A stretch of 64,000 bases of DNA from an uncultured Chloroflexia bacterium (GCA_963766735.1 CAVYBU010000002.1:32001-96000), one strand, 5' to 3'. Shown: positions 40,771-50,692, numbered from the stretch's first letter. Numbers and translations are program-made. Notes: a model not told the origin generated them from the letters alone.

Positions 40771-42468
40771 ATGTCCCGAACATTCCGTATCGGCACTCGC
40801 GGCAGCGAGCTCGCCCTGGTCCAGGCCCGCTGGGTCGCCGCCCGCCTCGCGGAGCACGGCGTCACCTCGGAGATCACGATCGTCCGAACCGAGGGCGACG
40901 ACCGCCCTGTGGACACCGCCTGGGGCGAGGGCGCCTTCGTCGGCCGCATCGTGGCGGCCCTGCTGGACGGCACCGTGGACCTCGCGGTCCACTCCGCGAA
41001 GGACGTCCCGACGACGGAGCCGGACCAGCTGGTGATCGCCGCCTATCCGCCCCGGGAGGATCCCCGCGACGCGCTCGTCTGCCGGGTCCGGGGAACGACG
41101 CTCGCAACGCTCCCTGTCGGCTCCCGCGTGGGCACGGACTCCCCGCGCCGGGCCGCCTTCCTGCGGGCGGTCCGCCCGGACCTTGACCTCCACCCACTTC
41201 ACGGCAACGTGGACACCCGGCTGGCCAAGCTGGATCGCGGAGACAGCGATGCGCTGGTCCTCGCGGTGGCGGGGCTGACGCGCCTCGGTCGTGCGGAGCG
41301 GATCGACGACACCCTGCCAGCCGACGTTGTCCCGTCCGCTCCGGGCCAGGGCTCGCTGGCGCTGCAGGTCCGTGCCGGGGACGCCGAGGCGATCGCGGTC
41401 GTGGGGCTCCTGGACGATGCGGACACGCGGGTCGCGGTCGAGGCGGAGCGGGCGCTCCTCGCCGGGACCGGCGGTGGTTGCCGGTCCCCGATCGGGGCCG
41501 TCGGGACAGTCCGGGACGGGCGACTGGAGATGCTGGCGGGGGCCGAACGGACATGGACCCCGGGCGAGGACGCTGCGATCGCGGTGTCTCGCGTGGCCTG
41601 GGTCAGGGGCAATGCCACCGCTGCCGACCGCGCCCACCTGTCCACACGTCTGGCCCGCCGCATCGTGGCGCTGCGCACGCGGCCCAGGGCGCTGGTCGCC
41701 CGGCCAATCGGACAGGCCGAGGCGATGGTAGTGGCGCTCGATAGCGCGGGCGTCGAGCCGGTTCACGTGCCTGCCATCGAGATCCGCGCGGCCGCTCCCG
41801 GTGGCGCCTTCGACACCGCGGTCGCCCGGGTCAATGCCGGGGACACCGTGGTCGTGACCAGCGCGAACGCCGCACGGGCAATGCTCCGGGCGGCGACGCG
41901 CATGGACCTGGCCCCGGCCGTCCTCGCCTGGGCCGCGGTGGGGGAGGCGACGGCCGCCGTCCTCACCGACGCCGGGCTGGAAGGCGTCTTCATCCCCACC
42001 GAGCCCAACGCCGCCGCGCTCGCGCGGGAGTTGCCCATCCGGCCCCACGACCGGGTCCTGGTGCCGCACGCGGACATCGCGGACAGGGCCCTCGCGGAGA
42101 CGCTGCGCGCACGGGGTGCGACCGTCACCGATGTCGTTGCCTACGAGACGGCCGAGGCCCCCGAGACGTCCCGCCCGCTGCTCGCCGCGGCGCTCGACGA
42201 CGGCCCGGTGGACGTCCTGGTGCTCACCAGCGGTTCGACGGCGCGCGGGCTGCTGGCCCTCGCCTCGGACGACGCGCTGGCGCGGCTCCTGGCCACGCCG
42301 GTGATCACCGGTGGGCCGGCAACCTTCGCCGCCGCCCGCGAGCTGGGCTTCGAGACCGTGCTCCAGGCCCCTTCGCCCGGCGCCCTGGCCCTCGCCACCT
42401 TCACCGCCGCCGCGCTGGGCGTGGCGGCGCCCGATCCCCGGCCCACCCCCGCAGGAGAGACCCGATGA
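40771..42468 (+). CDS. hemC: Hydroxymethylbilane synthase fused to uroporphyrinogen-III synthase (HemC-HemD)
   Basis: IGTRGSELALVQA, AVHSAKDVP, GNVDTRLAKL, GGCRSPIG; C-terminal VVTSANA, AVGEATA, VAYET, LTSGSTA. Confidence 0.92.
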   Translation: MSRTFRIGTRGSELALVQARWVAARLAEHGVTSEITIVRTEGDDRPVDTAWGEGAFVGRIVAALLDGTVDLAVHSAKDVPTTEPDQLVIAAYPPREDPRDALVCRVRGTTLATLPVGSRVGTDSPRRAAFLRAVRPDLDLHPLHGNVDTRLAKLDRGDSDALVLAVAGLTRLGRAERIDDTLPADVVPSAPGQGSLALQVRAGDAEAIAVVGLLDDADTRVAVEAERALLAGTGGGCRSPIGAVGTVRDGRLEMLAGAERTWTPGEDAAIAVSRVAWVRGNATAADRAHLSTRLARRIVALRTRPRALVARPIGQAEAMVVALDSAGVEPVHVPAIEIRAAAPGGAFDTAVARVNAGDTVVVTSANAARAMLRAATRMDLAPAVLAWAAVGEATAAVLTDAGLEGVFIPTEPNAAALARELPIRPHDRVLVPHADIADRALAETLRARGATVTDVVAYETAEAPETSRPLLAAALDDGPVDVLVLTSGSTARGLLALASDDALARLLATPVITGGPATFAAARELGFETVLQAPSPGALALATFTAAALGVAAPDPRPTPAGETR

Positions 42469-43493
42469 CGCTCCTCGCCGGCGGCCCGCTGGCCTCCGTG
42501 TCCGACGCAGAGACCACGGATCCCGCCCACCGCCTCCGACGCACCCGCCGGACGGAGACCCTCCGCGCGTTCGTGCGCGAGACCCGCATCCATCCCCGCA
42601 ACCTGGTCGCGCCCATGTTCGTGACCCCGGGCCGCGGCGTCCGCGAGCCCGTGGGGTCCATGCCCGGCGTGGTACGCGTGTCGCCCGACGAGGCTCTGGG
42701 CGACGCCCGGGCCCTCGCCGCGCTCGGCATCGGCGGCCTGATCCTTTTCGGCCTGCCGGCTGAGAAGGACGGCGTCGGCACCGGTGGCTGGGTGCGCGAT
42801 GGCATCGTGCAGGAGACGCTCCGCCGGTTGCGGGACGCGGACCTGGACCTCGTGCTGATCGCCGACACCTGCCTCTGCGAGTACACGGATCACGGGCACT
42901 GCGGCCCGCTCCTCCCGGACGGTCGCGTCGACAACGATGCCACCATCGAACTCTTTGCCCGGACGGCGGCTTCACAGGCGGAAGCCGGCGCCGACATCGT
43001 CGCGCCCAGCGGCATGATGGACGGTCAGGTGGCCGCGATCCGACGTGGCCTGGATGCCGACGGCCACCAGGACGCCGCGATCCTGGCCTACGCCGCCAAG
43101 ACCGCGTCCGCGTTCTACGGCCCGTTCCGCGAGGCTGCGGGCTCGGCGCCATCGTTCGGCGACCGCCGCGGCTACCAGATGGATCCGGCCAACGGCCGCG
43201 AGTCGATGCGCGAGATCGCAGTGGACATGGCCGAGGGCGCCGACATGCTGCTCATCAAGCCCGCGCTGCCGTCGCTGGACATCCTCGCCGCGGCCCGTGC
43301 CCGCTTCGACGTCCCGATCGGCGCCTACCAGGTGAGCGGCGAGTACGCCTCCATCGAGGCCGCCGCTCAGCGCGGCTGGCTTGACCGCCGCCGCGCCCTC
43401 ACCGAGAGCACCGTCTCGATCCTGCGCGCGGGCGCCGGGTTCGTCATCACCTATGCCGCCGCCGACCTCGCGGCCTGGTCGCAGGAGGCCTGA
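42465..43493 (+). CDS. hemB: Porphobilinogen synthase (Zn-type)
   Basis: DTCLCEYTDHGHCG, APSGMMDG, SAFYGPFREA, DRRGYQMD, IKPA, YQVSGEY. Confidence 0.95.
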   Translation: MTLLAGGPLASVSDAETTDPAHRLRRTRRTETLRAFVRETRIHPRNLVAPMFVTPGRGVREPVGSMPGVVRVSPDEALGDARALAALGIGGLILFGLPAEKDGVGTGGWVRDGIVQETLRRLRDADLDLVLIADTCLCEYTDHGHCGPLLPDGRVDNDATIELFARTAASQAEAGADIVAPSGMMDGQVAAIRRGLDADGHQDAAILAYAAKTASAFYGPFREAAGSAPSFGDRRGYQMDPANGRESMREIAVDMAEGADMLLIKPALPSLDILAAARARFDVPIGAYQVSGEYASIEAAAQRGWLDRRRALTESTVSILRAGAGFVITYAAADLAAWSQEA

Positions 43494-43494
43494 C

Positions 43495-44805
43495 ATGAGT
43501 TCCGACACCACGACATCCAGCATCCCGCCCGCCGACGGTCGCCAGGCCCAGCTTCGCCGGGAGGCGGCGGACCTGTTCCCGGGTGGCGTCAACAGCCCCG
43601 TGCGGGCATTCCGGTCCGTCGCCCGCCCGCCCCTCATTCTCGACGCCGGCAAGGGCCCCCGCGTCCGCGACGCGGACGGCCACTGGTACCTGGACTACAT
43701 CGGCAGCTGGGGTCCCGCGATCCTGGGCCACGCTGCCCCAGCGGTGGTCTCCGCGGTCCGTGAGGCGGCCCTCGACGGGTTCGCCCTGGGCGCCACCGGC
43801 CCCCGCGAGGTGGAGCTGGGCGAGCGCGTCCGCGCCGCGATGCCCTCGATGGAGCGAATGCGGTTCGTATCGTCCGGCACCGAGGCCGTCATGAGCGCGA
43901 TCCGCCTGGCGCGTGGCGCCACGGGGCGTGACCTGATCGTGAAGTTCGCCGGCGGCTACCACGGCCACGGTGACAGCCTGCTGGTGGACGCCGGATCCGG
44001 CCTGGCGACGCTGGGGATGCCCGGGTCCGCGGGCGTCACTGCGGCGGCCGCGCGCGACACGATCGTGATCCCGTACAACGACGTCGCCGCGGTGGCCGAG
44101 GTGTTCCGTGCCCACCCGGAGCAGGTCGCCGCGATCATCGTGGAGCCGGTCGGCGCCAACGTGGGCGTCATCGCCCCGGAGCCCGGATTCCTCGAGGCGC
44201 TGCGCAGGCTGACCGAGGCGAACGGTGCCCTGCTGATCTTCGACGAGGTCATCACCGGGTTCCGCGTCGCGCGCGGCGGGGCGCAGGAGCGCTACGGGAT
44301 CGTGCCGGACCTCACGACGCTGGGCAAGATCGTCGGCGGCGGGATGCCGATCGGTGCCTACGGCGGCCGCGCGGACCTCATGGCGCAGGTCGCCCCGGAT
44401 GGCGGCGTCTACCAGGCCGGGACCCTGTCCGGTCATCCGCTGTGCATGGCCGCTGGCGTCGCCGCCCTCGACCTGCTCACACCGACCGTGTACGAGCAGC
44501 TGGAGGCGACGGGAGCCGCGCTTGAGACGGGGCTGAGACAGGCTGCCGCCGAGGCCGGCCGGGAGGTTGCGATCTCCCGCGTGGGCTCGCTCCTGACGGT
44601 GTTCTTCCTCCGGGACGTTCCGCGCAACTCCGCCCAGGCACTGACCGCCGACAGGGAGGCCTTCACCCGGTTCTTCGGCGCCATGCTGGACGAGGGGGTG
44701 CTCCTCGCGCCGTCCCAGTTCGAGGCCTGGTTCATCTCGGTCACCCACGGCGATGACGAGATCGCCGAGACGCTGGCGGCGGCGCGGAAGGCGTTCGCGG
44801 CATGA
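43495..44805 (+). CDS. hemL: Glutamate-1-semialdehyde 2,1-aminomutase
   Basis: PGGVNSPVRAF, SSGTEA, FDEVITGFR, LGKIVGGG, YQAGTLSG, PSQFEA. Confidence 0.95.
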   Translation: MSSDTTTSSIPPADGRQAQLRREAADLFPGGVNSPVRAFRSVARPPLILDAGKGPRVRDADGHWYLDYIGSWGPAILGHAAPAVVSAVREAALDGFALGATGPREVELGERVRAAMPSMERMRFVSSGTEAVMSAIRLARGATGRDLIVKFAGGYHGHGDSLLVDAGSGLATLGMPGSAGVTAAAARDTIVIPYNDVAAVAEVFRAHPEQVAAIIVEPVGANVGVIAPEPGFLEALRRLTEANGALLIFDEVITGFRVARGGAQERYGIVPDLTTLGKIVGGGMPIGAYGGRADLMAQVAPDGGVYQAGTLSGHPLCMAAGVAALDLLTPTVYEQLEATGAALETGLRQAAAEAGREVAISRVGSLLTVFFLRDVPRNSAQALTADREAFTRFFGAMLDEGVLLAPSQFEAWFISVTHGDDEIAETLAAARKAFAA

Positions 44806-45830
44806 GTCCTGATGCGCGGTACCTCCGCGCGGCGCGCGGCCTGCCGGTGGACACGACCCCGGTCTGGTTCATGCGCCAGGCCGGGCGGGCGCTGCCCGAG
44901 TACCGCAAGGTCCGCGAGCGGGCGACTCTTCTCGAGATCACCCGGGACCCGGCGCTGTGCGCGGAGGTCACCCTCCAGCCGGTGCGCCGCCTCGGCGTGG
45001 ACGCCGCCATCCTGTTCGCGGACATCACGACGCCGCTCGCGGGCCTCGGCGTCGCTTTCGACATCAAGGAGGGTGTCGGCCCCGTCATCGAGCATCCCGT
45101 CCGGACCATGGCCGACGTGGAGGCCCTGCACCCCTTCGACCCCGAGGCGTCGGTAGCGCCCCTCCTCCAGGCCATCCGGCTGATCCGCGCCGAATCGCCG
45201 GTGCCCCTGATCGGCTTTGCCGGCGCGCCGTTCACCCTCGCCTGCTACCTCATCGAGGGTGGCCCGTCACGCGACTTCCAGCGGACCAAGCGGCTGATGC
45301 ACGCCGAGCCCGGGACGTGGGCCGCTCTGCTGGATCGTCTCGTGGATGCGACCATCGTCTATCTCTCCGCCCAGGTGGCCGCAGGGGCCCAGGCCGTGCA
45401 GGTGTTCGACTCGTGGGTCGGCGGCCTGAGCCCGCTGGACTACGAGCGCCGCCTGTGGCCGTGGATGCGCCGCCTGTTCGAGGGCATCGCGCCGCTTGGT
45501 GTCCCGATGACGCACTTCGGCGTGGGTACCGGCGGGATCCTGGGCCTCCAGGCATCGGCCGGCGGCGACGTGATCGGCCTCGACTGGCGGATCGCGCTGT
45601 CCGAGGGCCGGCGGCTCGTCGGCGACCGGGCGGTCCAGGGGAACCTGGACCCGGTGCTGCTGCTCGGCCCCTGGGAGGGGGTGGAGGAGGCGGCCCGCTG
45701 GGTCCTCGCCGAGAACGACGGGCGGCCCGGCCACATCTTCAACCTGGGCCACGGCGTCCTGCCCGGCACGGACCCCGATCACCTCGCGCGACTCGTCGAC
45801 CTCGTCCACAGCTCTGGAGCGTCCCGATGA
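44802..45830 (+). CDS. hemE: Uroporphyrinogen decarboxylase
   Basis: PVWFMRQAGR, DAAILFADI, GFAGAPFTLA, QVFDSW, QGNLDP, FNLGHG. Confidence 0.95.
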   Translation: MSPDARYLRAARGLPVDTTPVWFMRQAGRALPEYRKVRERATLLEITRDPALCAEVTLQPVRRLGVDAAILFADITTPLAGLGVAFDIKEGVGPVIEHPVRTMADVEALHPFDPEASVAPLLQAIRLIRAESPVPLIGFAGAPFTLACYLIEGGPSRDFQRTKRLMHAEPGTWAALLDRLVDATIVYLSAQVAAGAQAVQVFDSWVGGLSPLDYERRLWPWMRRLFEGIAPLGVPMTHFGVGTGGILGLQASAGGDVIGLDWRIALSEGRRLVGDRAVQGNLDPVLLLGPWEGVEEAARWVLAENDGRPGHIFNLGHGVLPGTDPDHLARLVDLVHSSGASR

Positions 45831-46759
45831 CCACCGCCGTCCTGCTCATGGCCTACGGCAGCCCCGACCGGCTGGACCAGGTCGAGGCCTACTACACGGA
45901 CATCCGCCGCGGCAATCCGCCCCCGCCTCACCTCCTGGAAGAGCTGCTGGATCGCTATCGGGCGATCGGAGGCGGCTCCCCGCTGTCGCGGATCGTGGAG
46001 GAGCAGCGGGCCGCCGTGGAGGCGGAGCTGGCGTCGCGGGGCGTGCCCGTCCGCGTGTACGCGGGCATGCGGCACATCGAGCCGCGGATCGGCGACATCG
46101 TCAAGGGCATGGTCGCGGACGGGGTGGACCGTTTCGTCGCGATCGCCCTCGCCCCGCAGAAGTCGTCCAATGCCGCCGGGTACCGCCGGGCGGTCGACAC
46201 CGCGAGCGCCTCGATCGCCGAGGCCGGTGGCCGCCCTCCCGAGGTGATCTTCGTTGACTCGTGGCACGACCAGCCGCGGTTCATCGAGGCGTTGGCCGAG
46301 ACCACCCGCGAGGCGCTCGCCCGCTTCGACGATCCGTCCCGGGTCCGCGTCATGTTCACCGCCCACAGCCTGCCCGCACGCGTCGTGGCGGAGGGGGATC
46401 CGTACCCGGACGAGCTGGCCCGGACCGCGTCACTCGTGGCCGCCGCGCTGGGGCTGGAGCGCTATGACTTCTCGTTCCAGAGCGCAGGCCGAACCGGCGA
46501 GCCGTGGCTTGGCCCGGACATCCTCGACGAGATCCGGCGCCTGGCCGCCGACGGCGTCACGGAGCTGGTGATCCGGCCCGTGGGCTTCGTCGCCGACCAC
46601 CTGGAGGTCCTCTACGACATCGACATCGAGGCCCAGGGCGTCGCTCGCCCGCTCGGGGTGCGCCTGGAGCGCGCCCGCTCGATGAACACCGACCCGACGT
46701 TCATCGCCGGCCTCGCCGATATCGCGGCCGACGCCCTGCGTCCCACGACGGTCGCCTGA
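45827..46759 (+). CDS. hemH: Ferrochelatase (probably coproporphyrin ferrochelatase, CpfC-type)
   Basis: LLMAYGSP, YRAIGGGSPL, FTAHSLP, QSAGRTGEPWLGPD, GFVADHLEVLYDID. Confidence 0.93.
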   Translation: MTTAVLLMAYGSPDRLDQVEAYYTDIRRGNPPPPHLLEELLDRYRAIGGGSPLSRIVEEQRAAVEAELASRGVPVRVYAGMRHIEPRIGDIVKGMVADGVDRFVAIALAPQKSSNAAGYRRAVDTASASIAEAGGRPPEVIFVDSWHDQPRFIEALAETTREALARFDDPSRVRVMFTAHSLPARVVAEGDPYPDELARTASLVAAALGLERYDFSFQSAGRTGEPWLGPDILDEIRRLAADGVTELVIRPVGFVADHLEVLYDIDIEAQGVARPLGVRLERARSMNTDPTFIAGLADIAADALRPTTVA

Positions 46760-46778
46760 GCGACCGGAGGAGTTCCCG

Positions 46779-48053
46779 ATGACCACGCCGTCCCACAGCC
46801 AGATCGATCCCGCCCCGGCCGGCCGCCCGGGAGGACACCCCGGCGGACATCCCGGCGGCCACCCGGGCGGGCACCCCGGTGGCATCACCGGCGTCGGCGC
46901 CGTCCGCGCCGAGGGCTACGTCTACGACCGCGCCCCGATGCTCGTCTACTGGGAGACGACGCTCGCCTGCGGCCTCGCCTGCCGTCACTGCCGGGCCACG
47001 GCCCAGGCCGAGCGCAACCCGCTCGAGCTGACGACCGAGGAGGGCTACCGCCTCCTGGACGAGGTGATCAGGTTCGGGCGCCCGTACCCGCACGTCGTGT
47101 TCACCGGCGGCGACCCGCTCAATCGCCCCGACCTCCACGAGCTGGTCCGCGCGGCCACCGAGCGGGGGATCGGCGCCTCCCTGGCCCCGGCCGCCACGCC
47201 GCTCCTCACCCAGGAGGTGATGGAGAGCCTGCGCGATGCCGGCGTCCAGAACATCAGCCTCTCGCTCGATGGCTCCGACGCGAAACGCCACGACGGCTTC
47301 CGCATGGTCGAGGGCACGTTCGACAAGACGCTCCAGGCGGCGAAGTGGGCCCGCGCGGCCGGCCTCCCGATCCAGGTCAACACGCTGGTCACGGACGAGA
47401 CCCTGAGCGACCTGCCTGCGGTCTACGAGCTCCTGCTGGGCATGGACATCCTGCGCTGGAGCCTGTTCATGCTGATCACCACGGGGCGGGGGAGCGACCT
47501 GCGCGAGGTCACCCCGGCCCAGTCCGAGAAGCTCAACGCATGGCTGTTCGGGCTCTCGAAGGAGGCCCCGTTCCAGGTCAAGACGACCGAGGCCACCCAC
47601 TACCGCCGGCATGCCATCCGGGACATGGAGGCGGCCGGGATGTCCTTCGACGACATCCTCAAGACGTCCGTGGGCCGTGGGTTCGGCATCCGGGACGGCA
47701 ACGGGATCGTGTTCATCAACCACGACGGCACGGTGAACCCGTCGGGCTTCCTGCCGATCCCGCTGGGGAACGTGCGCGAGGCGTCGATCGTGGACCTGTA
47801 CCGCGATCACCCGGTGATGCGCGGCCTGCGCAACCCGGAGGGCTTCAAGGGCCGCTGCGGCGCCTGCGAGTACGCGCGGATCTGCGGCGGATCGCGGGCG
47901 CGGGCCTACGCCTGGACGGGCGACCCGCTCGAGTCCGATCCGCTCTGCCCGTACGTGCCGTCGGGTTCGGTGGCCCAGTACGGGATGCCGGTCGATGCCG
48001 GCGCCGCCCGCCCTGTTGCCGCCGGTCCGGCCACGGCCGGAATCAAGGCCTGA
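46779..48053 (+). CDS. Radical SAM/SPASM enzyme, AhbD/NirJ-like (candidate coproheme decarboxylase), with N-terminal GGHP repeats
   Basis: WETTLACGLACRHCRA (CX3CX2C), FTGGDP, SLSLDG, C-terminal GRCGACEYARICGGSRARAYA...DPLC. Confidence 0.82.
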   Translation: MTTPSHSQIDPAPAGRPGGHPGGHPGGHPGGHPGGITGVGAVRAEGYVYDRAPMLVYWETTLACGLACRHCRATAQAERNPLELTTEEGYRLLDEVIRFGRPYPHVVFTGGDPLNRPDLHELVRAATERGIGASLAPAATPLLTQEVMESLRDAGVQNISLSLDGSDAKRHDGFRMVEGTFDKTLQAAKWARAAGLPIQVNTLVTDETLSDLPAVYELLLGMDILRWSLFMLITTGRGSDLREVTPAQSEKLNAWLFGLSKEAPFQVKTTEATHYRRHAIRDMEAAGMSFDDILKTSVGRGFGIRDGNGIVFINHDGTVNPSGFLPIPLGNVREASIVDLYRDHPVMRGLRNPEGFKGRCGACEYARICGGSRARAYAWTGDPLESDPLCPYVPSGSVAQYGMPVDAGAARPVAAGPATAGIKA

Positions 48054-48067
48054 GAGGGCCCCAGGCG

Positions 48068-49570
48068 ATGAGCGTCCTGGTTGTCGGCGGCGGGATCACG
48101 GGACTCGTGGCCGCTCGCGCGCTCGCGCTCGACGGTGTCCCGGTCACCCTGGCCGAGGCCGGCCCCCGACTCGGCGGCAAGGTGGTCACCGAGCGCGTGG
48201 ACGGGTTCACGCTGGAGCACGGGCCGGATTCGTTCCTGGCCACGCGCCCGGCGGCGATCTCGCTGGCTCGGGAGCTGGGGCTCGGCGCGGAGCTGACCGG
48301 CACGCTCGATCCCCGGGCGGTGTTCATCCGCCACAACGGCTCGCTGGTGCCGATGCCGGAGGGCCTGGGGCTCGTCCTGCCGACGAAGGCGATGCCGTTC
48401 GCGAAGAGCAAGCTGTTCTCGTGGCCGGAGAAGGCCCGGATGGCCGTCGACGTCGTCTCGCCGCGCCGGCTCGGCCCCGATGACGTGGCCGTGGGGACGT
48501 ACCTGCGCTCGAGGCTCGGGTCTCCGCTCGTTGACCGGCTGGCCGGGCCGCTGGTGGGCGGGGTCTACGGGACGCCGATCGACGAGCTGAGCCTGGACGC
48601 GGTGGTGCCGCAGCTGCGGACCGCAGAGCGCCAGCACCGCAGCCTGCTGTTCGCCGGCCTCTCGGACGGACGGTCGATGCGCCGGGCAGCCGCCGCGCGG
48701 GCGGCGAGCGCGGCCCGGGCGGAGGCTGCGGCCGCCTCCGGTGCCCCTGCCGCGCCGGGGACGAAGCCGCTGGGGACCTTCGTCTCGCTCCGCGGCGGCA
48801 TGGACCGGCTGATCGATGCCGTCGTGGCATCGGCGGAGGTTGCGGGCGCCGACCTGCGCACGAGGTTCGCGGTACGTGCGCTCGCGCGGTCCGGGTCCGG
48901 CGTCACGGCGCGGTTCTCGGATGGGTCCGAGGCACGGTTCGACGCAGTGATCATCGCCGCGCCGGCGCCGGTGGCTGCCGTCCTGCTCGACGACGAGGCG
49001 CCGGGCGCGTCCGCCGCGCTCGATGAGATCCCGCACGGGACCAGCATCCTCGTCACGCTCGCGTACCCGCGCGAGGCCGTCGGCCACCCACTCATCGGTC
49101 ATGGCTACCTCGTGCCTCCGTCTGACGGCGGCGCGATCAGTGCCTGCACCTGGACGTCGCAGAAGTGGCCCGACCGCGCGCCTGAGGGCACCGTCCTGCT
49201 CCGGATGTTCGTCCGCGACGAGGGTGCGTGGACCCGCCTTGCGGACGAGGCGCTGGTCGCCTCGGCTCGCGAGGACGCCGGCCGCACGCTCCGGATCACC
49301 GGCGAGCCGCTCCTCGTCCGCGTCTCGCGCTACGAGCACTCGATGCCCCGCTACACCGTTGGACACCTGCGGCGTGCCGCGGCTATCGAGGCGGCGGTCG
49401 GCGCGTGGCCGGCGGTGACGGTGACCGGGGCCTCGTACCGCGGCGTGGGGCTGCCGGACTGCATCTCCCAGGGCCTGGCCGCGGCCTCGTCCGTGGCTGC
49501 GCGCCTCCGGGAGGCCGCCGAGCCGGCGGACCCGGACCTGCCCGCGGCGCGGGAGATGGCGACCGCCTAG
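48068..49570 (+). CDS. hemY: Coproporphyrinogen/protoporphyrinogen oxidase (HemY-type flavoprotein)
   Basis: VVGGGITGL, RLGGKV, EHGPDSFL, GGVYG, KWPDRAP, MPRYTVGH, YRGVGLPDCI. Confidence 0.9.
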   Translation: MSVLVVGGGITGLVAARALALDGVPVTLAEAGPRLGGKVVTERVDGFTLEHGPDSFLATRPAAISLARELGLGAELTGTLDPRAVFIRHNGSLVPMPEGLGLVLPTKAMPFAKSKLFSWPEKARMAVDVVSPRRLGPDDVAVGTYLRSRLGSPLVDRLAGPLVGGVYGTPIDELSLDAVVPQLRTAERQHRSLLFAGLSDGRSMRRAAAARAASAARAEAAAASGAPAAPGTKPLGTFVSLRGGMDRLIDAVVASAEVAGADLRTRFAVRALARSGSGVTARFSDGSEARFDAVIIAAPAPVAAVLLDDEAPGASAALDEIPHGTSILVTLAYPREAVGHPLIGHGYLVPPSDGGAISACTWTSQKWPDRAPEGTVLLRMFVRDEGAWTRLADEALVASAREDAGRTLRITGEPLLVRVSRYEHSMPRYTVGHLRRAAAIEAAVGAWPAVTVTGASYRGVGLPDCISQGLAAASSVAARLREAAEPADPDLPAAREMATA

Positions 49571-49603
49571 TCCGGACGGGCCCGGCCCGGATTGGGGGTC
49601 CGG

Positions 49604-50533
49604 TCAGCCGTCCAGCGCCGCCCGGAGCTCAGGGAGCCGGTCCATCGTCTCGAAGTCGAAGGGCGTCCGGAAGATCAGGATCGGATGCGCGAAACCGGCT
49701 TCCCGGTAGCGGGCGAGCGTCGCCGCCACCTCCTCGACCGGCCCGCCTGCCGACAGCTCCCGCTCCTCGTCCTGCGGCAGGTGCGCGGCGAGGTATCCCG
49801 CCCAGGCGGCCTCCGCCTCGGCGCGGCTTGAGCGGATGACCACGTTGAGGTTCACCGTGCGCTCGATCTCGCCCTCGTCGCGTCCGGCGGCCTCGCAGGC
49901 CCCCCGCAGGATCGTGTCGGCCGCCGCCACCTCGTCCGGCGTCCCGTAGGCGTTCCACATGTCCGCGCTCCGGGCGATGAGCGGCAGCGTCTTCTTCGGC
50001 CCAGAGCCACCGATCAGGATCGGCAGGTGCTCCTGGACCGGGCGCGGCGCGCAGACGGCGTCACGGAACGTGTAGAAGCGCCCCACGTGGGTGACCGACT
50101 CGCCGTCCAGGAGCCGCCGCATAAGCGGCACGGCCTCGACCAGCCGATCCAGCCGCTCCCCGATGCCGCTCCCGAAGTCGAAGCCGAACGCTTCGTGCTC
50201 GCGCTCGAACCAGCCGGCTCCGAGGCCCAGGATCGCGCGTCCGCCGGAGACGTGGTCGATCGTCGTCGCCATCTTGGCCGTGAGGCCGGGGTTGCGGAGG
50301 GTGTTGGCGGAGACCATGTGGCCGAGCCGTGCCCGGTCGGTGATCGCGGCGATCGCCGCCAGCGTGGTCCAGCCCTCGAACTTGGCGTCCGGCCAGTCCC
50401 CCTCGTCGGAGAGCAGGTGGTCGTCGATCCACAGGTCGTCGAACCCGGCCGCTTCGGCGTGCAGGACCGCCAGGCGCAATTCCTGCCAGCCCGTGCGCTG
50501 GACCCAGAACGCCGCCCCGAACTGCATCGCCAT
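49604..50533 (-). CDS. LLM-class flavin/F420-dependent oxidoreductase
   Basis: AGFDDLWIDDH, FEGWTTLAA, RNPGLTAKMATTIDHVSGGR, GAGWFEREH, PILIGGSG. Confidence 0.88.
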   Translation of the reverse strand: MAMQFGAAFWVQRTGWQELRLAVLHAEAAGFDDLWIDDHLLSDEGDWPDAKFEGWTTLAAIAAITDRARLGHMVSANTLRNPGLTAKMATTIDHVSGGRAILGLGAGWFEREHEAFGFDFGSGIGERLDRLVEAVPLMRRLLDGESVTHVGRFYTFRDAVCAPRPVQEHLPILIGGSGPKKTLPLIARSADMWNAYGTPDEVAAADTILRGACEAAGRDEGEIERTVNLNVVIRSSRAEAEAAWAGYLAAHLPQDEERELSAGGPVEEVAATLARYREAGFAHPILIFRTPFDFETMDRLPELRAALDG

Positions 50534-50692
50534 GATCGCCTCCTCGCCTCCTATCCTAGGGGGTGCCCGTCACCCTGCCCTCCCGGCGGCGCGCGGGGAC
50601 GGCGTACGAGGCGCGTTCGTGGTGCCTCGGTTGACGCACCTGGAACGGCGAGCCATTCTCGGAGATCACCGACAGACACCCCCGGAGGACGA

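Noticed and set aside
39181-43152. 1323-aa minus-strand ORF and many other long Arg/Gly/Pro-rich ORFs
   Set aside because: Antisense or off-frame shadows of recognisable genes, expected in high-GC DNA; no motifs
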